A stretch of 64,000 nucleotides of DNA from a virus. Below are positions 28,462 through 38,700 of the stretch, piece by piece. The position numbers were made by a program, and so were the translations under genes. The notes under the pieces are model-generated. The model did no database searches. It was given only the letters and a program-made list of their open reading frames with translations, and was not told where the DNA came from. The number at the start of each line of letters is the position of its first letter. Within the stretch, counting starts at the first letter, position 1. Where the stretch lies: positions 1 to 64,000 of the IMG/VR virus record IMGVR_UViG_3300016474_000281, one strand, 5' to 3'.

Positions 28462-29229
28462 ATGGTATCTTTTTGTGTTGCTGGTTATCCAGCTGCAGGT
28501 AAATCTACTTCTATCTTCCCTAATGAACAGTTGAACATTAAAGGTTTAGACCCTTTGAAAACGATGTACATCAACTGTGCAGGTGAAGGTAAACGTATCT
28601 TGTATCCTAAGTGGCGTGAAGTATTTAAAGCTGGTACAAGTATTAAAGAGGGAGGTAGGTATTATGCTTCACGTAACCCTAAGCAAATATCTGAACTGAT
28701 TAAGTATGTAGCTAAGGAACGTAAAGATGTTAACTTTATTGTTATTGACGACGCTAACTTGGTCATGGGTATGCAAGTACTCAGTGCCACAAAGAAGATG
28801 GAACGAGATGATTGGGCTACTCTAGCTACAAACACCTGGTCTATGTTCAACGTGATCAATGAGATTTCTTCTAATCCAGAACTTAACAGGTCAGATTTGT
28901 TTATCATCTACACTATGCACTTGCATACTAAGGAGACATACAATGACTCACTAGGTCAAGTTTCTTTGTCTTCCACTAAACATGTACTAGCTACATCAGG
29001 TCAGATGATTAACAACAACGTACCACTTGCATCTATCTGGGACATTATTATTGTAGCTAACTGTAGAGTAAATATGACTACTGGTCAACCAGAGTATTTC
29101 TTTGAGACCAGACCTATTGATAATACTCCAGCTAGAGCACCTATTGGTATGTTTGGCACATCACAATTTACCAATGACTTAGGTGCAGTAGTAGATGCTA
29201 TTTGTGCTTACGATGGTATTACTCTGTAA
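28462..29229 (+). CDS. P-loop ATPase (255 aa)
   Basis: Walker A GYPAAGKST and Walker B FIVIDDAN. Confidence 0.65.
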   Translation: MVSFCVAGYPAAGKSTSIFPNEQLNIKGLDPLKTMYINCAGEGKRILYPKWREVFKAGTSIKEGGRYYASRNPKQISELIKYVAKERKDVNFIVIDDANLVMGMQVLSATKKMERDDWATLATNTWSMFNVINEISSNPELNRSDLFIIYTMHLHTKETYNDSLGQVSLSSTKHVLATSGQMINNNVPLASIWDIIIVANCRVNMTTGQPEYFFETRPIDNTPARAPIGMFGTSQFTNDLGAVVDAICAYDGITL

Positions 29230-29258
29230 TTTATTATTCATCATATTATATAATTCTT

Positions 29259-29266
29259 TAAATTTG
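29259..29266 (+). promoter_or_regulatory. -7 box TAaaTTTG, 4 nt upstream of the ATG
   Basis: taaatttg-cact-ATG has the same geometry as 19367-19381. Confidence 0.4.
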
Positions 29267-29270
29267 CACT

Positions 29271-29954
29271 ATGTATAGTTACGGTAATTTTTCAGAGTCT
29301 GATGGCTCAAAAGGTAGCAAGTTCAAACCAGGAGTAAATGATTGCTTTCTGAAGAAGTTTGAATTGGTAACTGTTCAATCTGACAACTACAATGGTAAAG
29401 CATTGGATTTGGAGTTTGAGATCAACGGTGAAATTCTACCTACTCGTAAGTTTCCTATTGTAAAAGAAAAGGTTGCAGCTTTAGTCAAGCTCAATCCTGA
29501 CTGGTACTTCAAGTATGTCAACAAGGAGAAAGTATTGCTTACAGTAGATGAAGTGTATGCACGTGATGTAGATAAGCTTTCTAGCTGGATCCGTCATGTA
29601 GTATCCGCTTACATTGGTGTTGAAGTTTACAACAACGCTATATCTGAATGGCTTAGCTCTATGCAAGGTACAGAGATAACGTTTGAAATGTTTGTATCAT
29701 TGAACAAAAGCTTGTTGCCACCTCATTTTAAATCTATTCCAGCTAAGGTAGTGTTGGGGTATTACAAAAATAGTACCTACCTTACTGTACCTAGAGCTGT
29801 ATCTGATGGCAACTTCTTTTCAACAGAGTTGTTTAATGATAGGACACTGGTCAGCCCTGACAGCAAGAACTTCAAATCCGTCAAGTTTGGTGATAAGATT
29901 GAACAAGAACCAAACACAGTAGATACTGTAGGTGATGACATAGCACCATTTTAA
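29271..29954 (+). CDS. putative ssDNA-binding protein (227 aa)
   Basis: The acidic C-terminal tip VGDDIAPF resembles the bacterial SSB DDDIPF tail; position is between ATPase and primase; the OB fold is not verifiable by eye. Confidence 0.5.
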   Translation: MYSYGNFSESDGSKGSKFKPGVNDCFLKKFELVTVQSDNYNGKALDLEFEINGEILPTRKFPIVKEKVAALVKLNPDWYFKYVNKEKVLLTVDEVYARDVDKLSSWIRHVVSAYIGVEVYNNAISEWLSSMQGTEITFEMFVSLNKSLLPPHFKSIPAKVVLGYYKNSTYLTVPRAVSDGNFFSTELFNDRTLVSPDSKNFKSVKFGDKIEQEPNTVDTVGDDIAPF

Positions 29955-29973
29955 CTTTTCATAGCTATACGAG

Positions 29974-30005
29974 AGGGGTAGCAATAACGCTATCCCTTTC
30001 TTTTT
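29974..30005 (+). terminator. rho-independent terminator
   Basis: aggggtagc pairs with gctatccct (one wobble), loop aataac, then ttcTTTTT. Confidence 0.75.
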
Positions 30006-30016
30006 AACCCTGTAGT

Positions 30017-31006
30017 ATGTATGGCATTGTTAGAGAAGACAGAGGTGATCTGTTACAACAGATAGACCACTTAAAAGCATGGCGTATGGTGTTAGGTTTT
30101 CATGTAGAACCTTACCAACTTATTACGTCACCTTTTAGAGCAGATGCTAACCCTTCTTGTTACTTGTCTGAGTACAAAGGTGTATTGTTGTTTACTGACT
30201 GGGCTTTTACAGAATACAACAAGTACACAGTGATACATGCTATAGCTCATTTGTCTGGCAGTAGTTTCAGAGAAGCTTACTGGCAGCTATATGAATGGCA
30301 CTGGTATGGTAAAGCTATACAAGTAGGTAGTATCACCTGTACTAGTGTAACACGTAAAGTCAATAGGTTGAATGGTAAAGATATATTCTTTGAACCATTT
30401 TACATTGACGGTAAACCAGCATATACTACAGCGGATAGAGACTATTGGTCTAAGCGTAATATAACCTATCCAGAGTTATTTAACGGTAATCAGGGTTGCT
30501 ATTCAGTGCGTTATCTACTTGTCAATGGTTATAGTAAACCACCAAAGACATATCCTTGTTATGCGCTGACATTTAACAACAGTGACCATTTCAAAGTGTA
30601 TTGTCCTTTGAACAGTAAAGAAGAGAGGTTTCCAATGAGTACAGCTACCAAAGATGATTATTGGAAATGGGGTCATGGTACTAGTGAATGTGTTATAACT
30701 AAATCTTTCAAAGATGGTGTATTGATACATAAACTTACAGGACTTGACACCTATGCTTTTCAATCTGAATCTATGTTACCTACAAATCTAGAAGTGCTAT
30801 CTCACTATGATAAAAGAGTTATAGTGTATGATAATGATGCTGCAGGTATTACAGGGTCTAACAAAGTCAAAGCTATGTTTGATACTAGCTTTACTGGTAA
30901 CAACAAACAAGTATGGTATCCAGAAGCACTAGGTAAAGACACTGATGACATGGTAGTTAAAGGTTATGGAAATTTAGCTAAGTCTCTTATTATGTTATCT
31001 AAATAA
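30017..31006 (+). CDS. DNA primase, DnaG-like Toprim domain (329 aa)
   Basis: VIVYDNDAAG...GKDTDDMV (Toprim acidic motifs); N-terminal SPFRADANPSC resembles a degenerate primase zinc-finger region. Confidence 0.7.
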   Translation: MYGIVREDRGDLLQQIDHLKAWRMVLGFHVEPYQLITSPFRADANPSCYLSEYKGVLLFTDWAFTEYNKYTVIHAIAHLSGSSFREAYWQLYEWHWYGKAIQVGSITCTSVTRKVNRLNGKDIFFEPFYIDGKPAYTTADRDYWSKRNITYPELFNGNQGCYSVRYLLVNGYSKPPKTYPCYALTFNNSDHFKVYCPLNSKEERFPMSTATKDDYWKWGHGTSECVITKSFKDGVLIHKLTGLDTYAFQSESMLPTNLEVLSHYDKRVIVYDNDAAGITGSNKVKAMFDTSFTGNNKQVWYPEALGKDTDDMVVKGYGNLAKSLIMLSK

Positions 31007-31010
31007 TTAC

Positions 31011-31018
31011 TACTTTTA
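31011..31018 (+). promoter_or_regulatory. -7-like box TActTTTa, 4 nt upstream of the ATG
   Basis: tactttta-catt-ATG has the same geometry as 19367 and 29259. Confidence 0.3.
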
Positions 31019-31022
31019 CATT

Positions 31023-31466
31023 ATGAAGACAACTCAAGGTAAGAGAAACAGACTCAATGGACACAACTTTGAAAGACTTATACGTAAGCTGTGGATAGCT
31101 GCAGGTTGGGTACATGCTTTAACTTCAAGGTCAGAGAGTAAAAATGCAGATGACCAGGGGTTAGACTTAGTACATACTGCGCCATTTGGTGTACAGTGTA
31201 AGTATGCTAAGGTTAGACCAAACTACATAGAGGTACTTTCTAACATGCCAGCTGTCTTTAAAAACATATTGTTTCACAAACAGCCTAAAGGTAAAACCTA
31301 TGTCATTATGGAAGAAGCTACCTTTTGGTTTATCTTAGAAAACTATGCTACAAAAATCGAAGGAGAAGGCAAAACAAATCTTGCAGTATTACCAAGTAGA
31401 AGCAGTAAGTCAGTCACTAATAAAAGCAACACTGTGGCCAAGTCTAAAGGAAAAGAAAAACAGTAA
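31023..31466 (+). CDS. putative PD-(D/E)XK-fold nuclease, Holliday-junction-resolvase-like (147 aa)
   Basis: GHNFERLIRKLWIAAGW...DDQGLDLVHTAPFGVQCKY resembles the Hjc/RecU-type G..FE...(D)...(E/Q)xK layout. Confidence 0.45.
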   Translation: MKTTQGKRNRLNGHNFERLIRKLWIAAGWVHALTSRSESKNADDQGLDLVHTAPFGVQCKYAKVRPNYIEVLSNMPAVFKNILFHKQPKGKTYVIMEEATFWFILENYATKIEGEGKTNLAVLPSRSSKSVTNKSNTVAKSKGKEKQ

Positions 31467-31470
31467 TGCT

Positions 31471-32292
31471 ATGTTAGCTGGTAGTTTGTTTGACTGCTTA
31501 GTTACCACACCTGAGTTAGAAAAAGAGTTGTTTATACAGTGGACACAGTCTGTACCTATCCCTAAAGGTAAAGTGAAAGAGGTGGTAGAAGCTTTCCATA
31601 AAGCATTACCTGAAGCTACATTGTTGATGGAACATACTGAAGAATTGTTCTCTATCTTAGGATCCATGCAGTATCAAACTAACTGGAGTAGAGAGGTAAG
31701 ACTTAATTCAGTCATTGTTAAATCACATGGTCAAGCTTATCTAGACCACTTGTTCTTGTTGGGAGATAAGAAACTAGTTGATGCACCTACCAGGATTAAG
31801 GTAGGAGGTTATGCTAATGACCTTAGAGCTATGTACTACGAGTTGATCAGCAAAGCACAAACTCAAGTACCTTTGTATTTCACTTATGAAGGTATAGCTT
31901 GTAAAGGTCTGGTAGATATTCTCATTGAAGAAGAAGATGCAGTATCTTTTTATGACCTCAAGTTTACAGAGTTGTCATTAGATGATTACTACACTGAGAT
32001 TAGAAGGAGAAGGTCTGACCTGCAACTATCTTTTTACGGGTATGGTATTGAACAACTGTATGGCAAACCAGCTACAGGTAGTTTGTTAGTTTATTCTGCT
32101 GTAGATAGAGCTGCTTCAGTAATAACTTTATCTAATGTAGATATGGCTATTGCTAGATATGGTGCTATCAAAGACACAGGTAAGATTCACATTAACAACA
32201 CAACAATAGAGAATAGAATACGTATCAAAGGATGGGAAGATTTCTTTTATCCTAACAAGTTAGAAGGTACTGTTGACTCTATCTGGAACTAA
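31471..32292 (+). CDS. RecB/Cas4-family PD-(D/E)XK exonuclease-like protein (273 aa)
   Basis: GLVDIL...FYDLKFT (D...DxK) followed by QLSFY (QxxxY); track start 31345 trimmed to ATG 31471, just after the upstream stop. Confidence 0.5.
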   Translation: MLAGSLFDCLVTTPELEKELFIQWTQSVPIPKGKVKEVVEAFHKALPEATLLMEHTEELFSILGSMQYQTNWSREVRLNSVIVKSHGQAYLDHLFLLGDKKLVDAPTRIKVGGYANDLRAMYYELISKAQTQVPLYFTYEGIACKGLVDILIEEEDAVSFYDLKFTELSLDDYYTEIRRRRSDLQLSFYGYGIEQLYGKPATGSLLVYSAVDRAASVITLSNVDMAIARYGAIKDTGKIHINNTTIENRIRIKGWEDFFYPNKLEGTVDSIWN

Positions 32293-32317
32293 TTTATTCA
32301 TTCACAATTATATCATT

Positions 32318-33088
32318 ATGACTTTAGAAAAATTGTTTGAGTACAAAGCAGTAAAAAGCAACAACAACTTTGTAACACTGCCTGATCCTGAACAAGTACT
32401 TGCTCCAGCTCTGGAGATACTTGAACCACATGTCAGCAAGTTCAATGTTTATGTACAAGATGCTTCTAGACAAGCTGTAGAAGCTGACAACACTACTGAG
32501 TACAAGATTGCTGACAGAGTACTTGTTGAAGCTGTACTGAATCCAGACACTTATCAACATGGTGTAGATAAGTTTAGTACTGTAATTGGTTTCTTGTGGG
32601 CACTTGACGTTAAGACTCCAGCAGCTAAGGTGTATCTTGGTTTTGAAAACAGTGCTTGTCTGAACTTGAGTGTATTCAATGCTATTGACATTGTAGAAAA
32701 ACCATTTGCAGCCAATGACTTTAACGCTATCTATGATTCAGTTCGTAACTTTTTGAATAGAGCTGAAGATCGTAGAGAAACTTTGGTAGAAGCTGTAGAG
32801 TACATGAACTATGAGATACTTGAAGAAGATGAGTTTAACAAAGTACTGGGTGAAGTAGTTGTTAAAGCACATCTTACCCAGAGTATGTCTTCCAATGCTT
32901 CACAAATGGTTGATCATCTGATTAAGCCTAAAGGACGTTACTACAAGTCAGACAAGAAGTTTACTCGTTGGGATATGTACAATGCTTTGACGTTTACTAT
33001 GCCTAAGTTTGATGCTTCTACTAGTTCACCTGTAAATATCAAGACTGCAGACAAAGTACTATCTGCTTACCAGTTCTTCAAAGGATGA
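32318..33088 (+). CDS. hypothetical protein (256 aa)
   Basis: The track ORF starts at TTG 32273; the first ATG is 32318. Confidence 0.65.
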   Translation: MTLEKLFEYKAVKSNNNFVTLPDPEQVLAPALEILEPHVSKFNVYVQDASRQAVEADNTTEYKIADRVLVEAVLNPDTYQHGVDKFSTVIGFLWALDVKTPAAKVYLGFENSACLNLSVFNAIDIVEKPFAANDFNAIYDSVRNFLNRAEDRRETLVEAVEYMNYEILEEDEFNKVLGEVVVKAHLTQSMSSNASQMVDHLIKPKGRYYKSDKKFTRWDMYNALTFTMPKFDASTSSPVNIKTADKVLSAYQFFKG

Positions 33089-33693
33089 TTGACATAACGA
33101 CAAAAAACCCTTATCAGAATCGTACTGGAGCTTATCTAGCTCAACCTCTCATATCTAAATTACACTATGACACTAGAGTGGTAGTATGTAAGTTTAGATT
33201 GATGTGGGGTTTGTATGATATGGATTATGTGTTAGCTAAACGGTTAAAGACATATCCAGACCATAAGAAGCTTTTTGTCTTGTTAAACCTATCTGGAGAT
33301 ACGAAGAAAGCTATGAAGACTATTAGGAATGATGCTTATTTTTACGATGCTTACCCTGTAGATTTGAAAAACAAACACAAGGTAATGGTAGTATTTAAGC
33401 TCCCTAAAGTCATACATAAAGCTTTCAATAAGTTTATGGAAGGTAAGTTTTCAGAGATGTACCCACACAATATGTTATATGAGTTTGGTATATACAACGA
33501 TTCTCGTGTACATACGGTACTTACTAGAAACTACAACGACAAAGAGTACTTAGATATTTATCTGAAAAGGATGCTAGATACGTTTGGTGTAACTAAAGAT
33601 GCTGTAGTAGATGAAGAACTGGACAACCATTTCATTAGTCCTACTGTTGAAGCATTTAATGTTAACCATACTGGATTACCTAGAAGTGCTTAG
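33085..33693 (+). CDS. hypothetical protein (202 aa)
   Basis: ATGA-coupled ORF. Confidence 0.65.
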   Translation: MIDITTKNPYQNRTGAYLAQPLISKLHYDTRVVVCKFRLMWGLYDMDYVLAKRLKTYPDHKKLFVLLNLSGDTKKAMKTIRNDAYFYDAYPVDLKNKHKVMVVFKLPKVIHKAFNKFMEGKFSEMYPHNMLYEFGIYNDSRVHTVLTRNYNDKEYLDIYLKRMLDTFGVTKDAVVDEELDNHFISPTVEAFNVNHTGLPRSA

Positions 33694-33718
33694 TGTAATT
33701 ATTATTGTTCAACCAAAG

Positions 33719-33747
33719 GGGAGGGGGTCATACCTCTCCCTTCTTTT
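33719..33747 (+). terminator. rho-independent terminator
   Basis: gggagggg pairs with cctctccc (one wobble), loop gtcata, then ttcTTTT. Confidence 0.75.
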
Positions 33748-33754
33748 AACTTTG
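33747..33754 (+). promoter_or_regulatory. -7 box TAacTTTG, 3 nt upstream of the ATG
   Basis: taactttg-ttt-ATG at 33758. Confidence 0.35.
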
Positions 33755-33757
33755 TTT

Positions 33758-34009
33758 ATGGAAACTTGGTTTAGAGTAGATTCAGCACTTGAAAGTATTG
33801 AACCTATTGAAGTAGAAAGAACTACTGAAATGTTGTTGTTTTTACCTAATGGGGATAAACTTTGGAAAGCCTCTAGTTATGTTAGGTATTTCCCTACACG
33901 TGAAGATGCTAAGCTGTATATCATACATAAGCTACAAAACTTGATTGATGAAGCATATAGTAGGATGCAGTTCTATAATGACAAACTACAAAACGCTAAT
34001 AAGCTATGA
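33758..34009 (+). CDS. hypothetical protein (83 aa)
   Basis: Track ORF 33611 runs through the terminator; trimmed to ATG 33758. Confidence 0.55.
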   Translation: METWFRVDSALESIEPIEVERTTEMLLFLPNGDKLWKASSYVRYFPTREDAKLYIIHKLQNLIDEAYSRMQFYNDKLQNANKL

Positions 34010-34329
34010 AGTTAGATGGAGTTGATGGTGTAATATCTACTAATGCAAATAGAGTAGAAGTTATTACAGATGAAGGTAGGGCTTATACTAACTGGAAAGC
34101 ATCTAACATTGTACAGTTGTATTTGCAAGATGAAGGACGTACTTTGAAGATATTTATCAGTCAAAATAGAGAGATACCTACACATGTAGATTTTTATCGT
34201 TACGTAGAAACCAACTACGACAGAGTAGAAATGGATAACAGAGGAAGATGTTTTATTAACAAGAATGAAGGTATACGTACTTTAACCTTAGAAGAAGTAT
34301 ATCAAGAGTTTACTAAAACTAACTTATGA
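34006..34329 (+). CDS. hypothetical protein (107 aa)
   Basis: ATGA-coupled ORF. Confidence 0.6.
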   Translation: MKLDGVDGVISTNANRVEVITDEGRAYTNWKASNIVQLYLQDEGRTLKIFISQNREIPTHVDFYRYVETNYDRVEMDNRGRCFINKNEGIRTLTLEEVYQEFTKTNL

Positions 34330-34748
34330 TCAGCATTGTAGACAACTGGTTGAAAAATTTTGAAGTGGATTTGAATAGGAATCCAGCAGTGATAGAGCTG
34401 TATGAAAAACTTATTCAAGAAGAACTAGCTGAGTTGAAAGCTGAAACAGAACCAGGTGAATCTGAACTGAAAGAATGTGCAGACTTGTTATGGGTTACGC
34501 TAGGTCTGTTGCTAGCTAAAGGTTACACTTCAGAGCAACTAAGTCAAGCACTTAACCTGGTGGCAGTAAGTAATTTCTCAAAGCTTAGCACTGAACAAGA
34601 AGCTAAAGCATTTGTAGAAGCTAACCCTGGTACTAGCTACAAAGTAAATGAGTTTGGTAGATGTATTATTTTGAACGCTAACGGTAAAATTCAAAAAGGT
34701 CCTAACTATGAACAAGCTAAACTCTCGTCTCTCTTTAGGGTGGGTTAG
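34326..34748 (+). CDS. MazG-like all-alpha NTP pyrophosphohydrolase (140 aa)
   Basis: LIQEELAELKAE....ELKECADLLWVTLGL contains the EExxE...ExxD metal-binding helices. Confidence 0.6.
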   Translation: MISIVDNWLKNFEVDLNRNPAVIELYEKLIQEELAELKAETEPGESELKECADLLWVTLGLLLAKGYTSEQLSQALNLVAVSNFSKLSTEQEAKAFVEANPGTSYKVNEFGRCIILNANGKIQKGPNYEQAKLSSLFRVG

Positions 34749-34977
34749 ACCTGCTTTACTGATTGTTATGTTAGCTGCTGCACTGGTAGTATTAGACCCT
34801 GTACGCACTAAGGTTGTTACTAAGACAGTGACAGCTAGTTGTCCTATTGATATGAACTTGTTAGTAGATCAGATTGTTCAACAAAGTCCAGACGTGAGTA
34901 GAGAAGAAGCTAGGGCTTATGTAGAACATGAACTAGCTAACTTTAGTCGCAGACTGGTTCAAAATCAAAACAAATGA
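34708..34977 (+). CDS. membrane-anchored small protein (89 aa)
   Basis: N-terminal helix RPALLIVMLAAALVVL; 41-nt overlap upstream. Confidence 0.5.
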   Translation: MNKLNSRLSLGWVRPALLIVMLAAALVVLDPVRTKVVTKTVTASCPIDMNLLVDQIVQQSPDVSREEARAYVEHELANFSRRLVQNQNK

Positions 34978-35690
34978 TGGAATCTTTCTTCAGCTCCATT
35001 GTACCCATATTAGTTGTATCTGGCTTAGGTCTAGGTATATACTTTATTGCCAGGTCAAAGAATGATGGTACTGGCTTAGTCAAAGAGTTTAAAGCTAAAA
35101 AAGTTATCTTCTTAGAAGTGATACTTGCTGGTATGAACTTGATAGAAGCTATGGTAGCAGCTGAAATCAGTGAGACACAAGGTGTTAACTATGCTACTAG
35201 ACTAGGTATGCACTTGTTTTTAGCTCTACTCAGTATCGTGGTAGGTACTACTTACTTTAGTCAGTTGAGAGATATGGCTATAGCTATCAAAGAAGTGAAG
35301 AGACCTACTGTCATAATCAAGGAGACAGTAGAAGTACTCTTTGCATCCGTGTTGCTGTTTGTACCTCCTTTTGCTAACACTATGTTTATTGTATTGGGTA
35401 GAGGTAAAGCAAACGAGTTAGAAGCTTTTATGGGTAACATGGGTCACTTGCATGTTTTTCAAGCAATGTTTTCTGTAAAAGACCCTGTTAGTTTCGTAAG
35501 TTCTATTATCTTTGTACTTCATGTTATAGGTATCATCTACTTAGGTTTGTATGGTCTTGAACTAGCTAAAGACCAGTTAGAAACAGAACCAGAAGATGAA
35601 CCAGAACAAGAGATAACTGTTAAACCTATTAACAAACCTGGAGACTTGTTTAACAAAGACAATTTAGGAGATAGGTTTAAACCAAGATAA
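34974..35690 (+). CDS. polytopic membrane protein (238 aa)
   Basis: About 5-6 hydrophobic segments and an acidic C-terminal tail EPEDEPEQE; last plus-strand gene before the strand switch. Confidence 0.65.
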   Translation: MMESFFSSIVPILVVSGLGLGIYFIARSKNDGTGLVKEFKAKKVIFLEVILAGMNLIEAMVAAEISETQGVNYATRLGMHLFLALLSIVVGTTYFSQLRDMAIAIKEVKRPTVIIKETVEVLFASVLLFVPPFANTMFIVLGRGKANELEAFMGNMGHLHVFQAMFSVKDPVSFVSSIIFVLHVIGIIYLGLYGLELAKDQLETEPEDEPEQEITVKPINKPGDLFNKDNLGDRFKPR

Positions 35691-35720
35691 TTGTATTTTA
35701 GTCATACTGGGATTCTCTTC

Positions 35721-35757
35721 AGGAGGGGTAGTTACTAGCTATCCCTCCTTTTTTTTT
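35721..35757 (+). terminator. strong terminator at the convergent strand switch
   Basis: aggaggggtag pairs with ctatccctcct (11 bp, one wobble), loop ttactag, then a T9 run; the stop of the minus-strand 1337-aa gene lies inside the T-run. Confidence 0.85.
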
Positions 35758-38700
35758 ACCTGGTCGCAGCTTGATCTGTTTCTAGTATATCTAAGAACTT
35801 ACGTAGCTGATAAGCACCTTGAATCAGACCAGTAGTATAGTGCAACTTACCTGTCTTATCTCTAGCATCTTCTCTACCAGAAAGTACATCAATGGTTTCA
35901 TCTACAGTGTTGACCAATAAGTTCTTCACATGATTCAACAAGCCTGTGATAGGTATAGGGTTAGATACAAGCTTGATGTATTCAGCAGGGTCATAGGTAA
36001 AAGATACTTCAGTCTTAGTTCTGTTAATTACCTTATACATCTGGTGTGTAAGCCACATCTCTGACCATAGTGGTTCACCGTCATCATCCCAGTCTGCACC
36101 TAACATAGCTATAGCACCTACTAACAACAACATTACTTCAATCTCACCTAGTGCTGCTCTAACCTGTCCTTGCCTCATAGCTATAAATGATTCATAGGTA
36201 GGGAACTTAGCTAACATGCCTGGGTAGTTTTCATACTTCTTCTTGAACATAGCATAGTGTTTTTGCATAAGTTCATCGTTAAGTACTAACTTACCGCCTA
36301 TCATTCTAGCTATGCTGTTGTATGTCAGTAAGTTCTTACCTACAAAACCTATTGTTCTAGCTAGTGTCCTAAAGAAATACACTACTGTATTAGCGTTATC
36401 TTCAAACTCATTGTTAGCCCATACAGCTCTATACCTACCTTCTTCAGATACATCTAGTACATCGTTAAACCTCAATGCACCAAACCTTTCTTTTAAGATA
36501 GAAGGCATCCATGATTTAAACTGCATGATGATCTTACCTGCTAATGTAGTCTGCCAATAAGCTATATCTTCTTGTGATAGTGTACCTGTAACTCTTTTTT
36601 GACCAGCTCTCACAGCTTGTTGAAACTGCATGATAGCTCTCTTGCTCTGTTCTTCATCTAAACCTTCAATAGACCAAACATTGTTATCAGACAATACCAT
36701 GCTGTCATATACATTTTTAGTTCCAGCAGGTAGGTTTACTAACAACCTTACATTACCGTCTTTGTCAAAGCCATAAGATTGAGCCATAGCTACAGTGATG
36801 TGGTTATCTAACCTCTCTTGACCATAAGACCACGGAGCCATGAGTAAACGTTGATCTAAGTATCTGTTAAGGTTGCTGCTATACAACGGATTACCTAGAA
36901 CACTCTTGATACCACCTTCACGCTGTCTCATAATATCAGTTAACATATCTTCATTGTGTACACCAAAGAAGAAAGCTATAGAGTGGTATTTCTTATGGTC
37001 TTTAACCATTAAGTTAGTTGCTTTGTTCCACTTCTTTGTATCCCATATCTGTCCTTTTACTGCTTCTAACCTAGCGTTGACCTGACCAGCTACATAAGAT
37101 GATGCAGCAGGGATGATACCTAGACCTAGTGACCTCAGTGAAAAATAAGACAACAGCTTTTCAACTACATACTTAGTGCTAGGACTCACGTTGCCTTGTG
37201 TCTTGATACCATACAGGTGATAATCTTTTATAGCATCAAATACAGTAGCTGTCATAGATGCAGAACCACTCTTCTCTTTAGTAGCTGCATTGTGCATGAA
37301 GTCAAATACTTTTCTACCCCAACCTCCTTCTTCATACTTAACCATTTTTATCATGTCTTGTAAAGCTAGTACTTCAGCTTCTATCTTTGACATGTGCTTG
37401 TGGTTAGATACAGTTTTAGCCATCAACCTGAATGAAGCAGATATATCTTTGCTCAACTGTGCTGTATCTATGTTACCGTCACTATCTCTGAATGGTTGGG
37501 TGAAGTATAGAGGTATCTTTTTATCTTCCATTTCTTCATACTCCATAGAACCAAACATCTGACTATCTTGTTTGACTTCTAAACTCTCCTTCACATCTTT
37601 CAACAAGGTAGGAAAAGCTCTGTCTCTACCTAGTTTCTCAATCATAGAAGCTCTCACCATAGGGTAAAACAAAGAACTGTGTATCATGTCATATCCTACC
37701 TCACTTCTCCATTTAGCTACAGTGTCGTGTAAGAACTGATAATAGTTTAACAGAGGTGCATTATCTTTGATAAACCTATACTCTTGTGATTCATTAGCTA
37801 TGATTACTGCTGGCTTTATCTCTAACCAGTAGTTCTTTTTAAACCATGCTTTTCTATGTAGTGGCTGACCTAAGTTGTTTAACGACAAGTCATTGTTTTC
37901 TTTCCATGTAGCTATAGAGTTTTTGATAAGTCTCTCTCTGGTAGCTGTATCTTCTACTTTCTTGTATCTCTCTGTATATACTTCAGTGATTTCTTTCAAC
38001 GTAGCTGCATACCATTCAGGGTAGGTTTGTCCTTTAGCGTTTTTACCTGACCTTCTCTGGTAGTTGTTTAAGAAGAAAGATACATCTTCTCTAGACCTAG
38101 CTTCATTGATTTGTTGTCTAAATGACTGACTCACCCTACCATAGAACAATGCTTTGTCTTTATCTACCAGATAGTTAAACACTTGTTCCATGGTCTCACC
38201 TCTAGACCTAGCCCATTCTAATAACGGTTTCTCTACTTTAGCTAGAGCTTCATCAAAGTCTCTTAGTTCTTTCCTTTGCTCATTATACCCTTGCTGAAAC
38301 AAGTCTTGTGCATGTCTAAGTATAGGGTTTTGTGATTCAGTAGTAGTGCTTGCAAGTAACGTTAGTAAGTCATCTTCACTGAGTCTTATCTCGCCACCTT
38401 CCATGTTTATCTTGCCATATCTACTTTCTATGTTAGCTAACAACTTGTTGATGTAGTTCTCCCACAGTATAGCAGCTGTCTTAGCTAGTTCTTCTTCATG
38501 TATGTCTAATCTTATGTTGGTCTCACTAGCACTATCTGTTAAAGCTCTTTTAAAGTCTATGACAGCTTTGATGTAGGTATGACTTTCTTTGAGCTTAGCA
38601 AAGTCCATTTTGTTTATCTCATCTTCAGTTAAGGTGCTAGCTAGCTTCACTGCATCTTTCACCAAGTAGGTAGCATCCATGTTGTTGGTGAAAGCATCTA

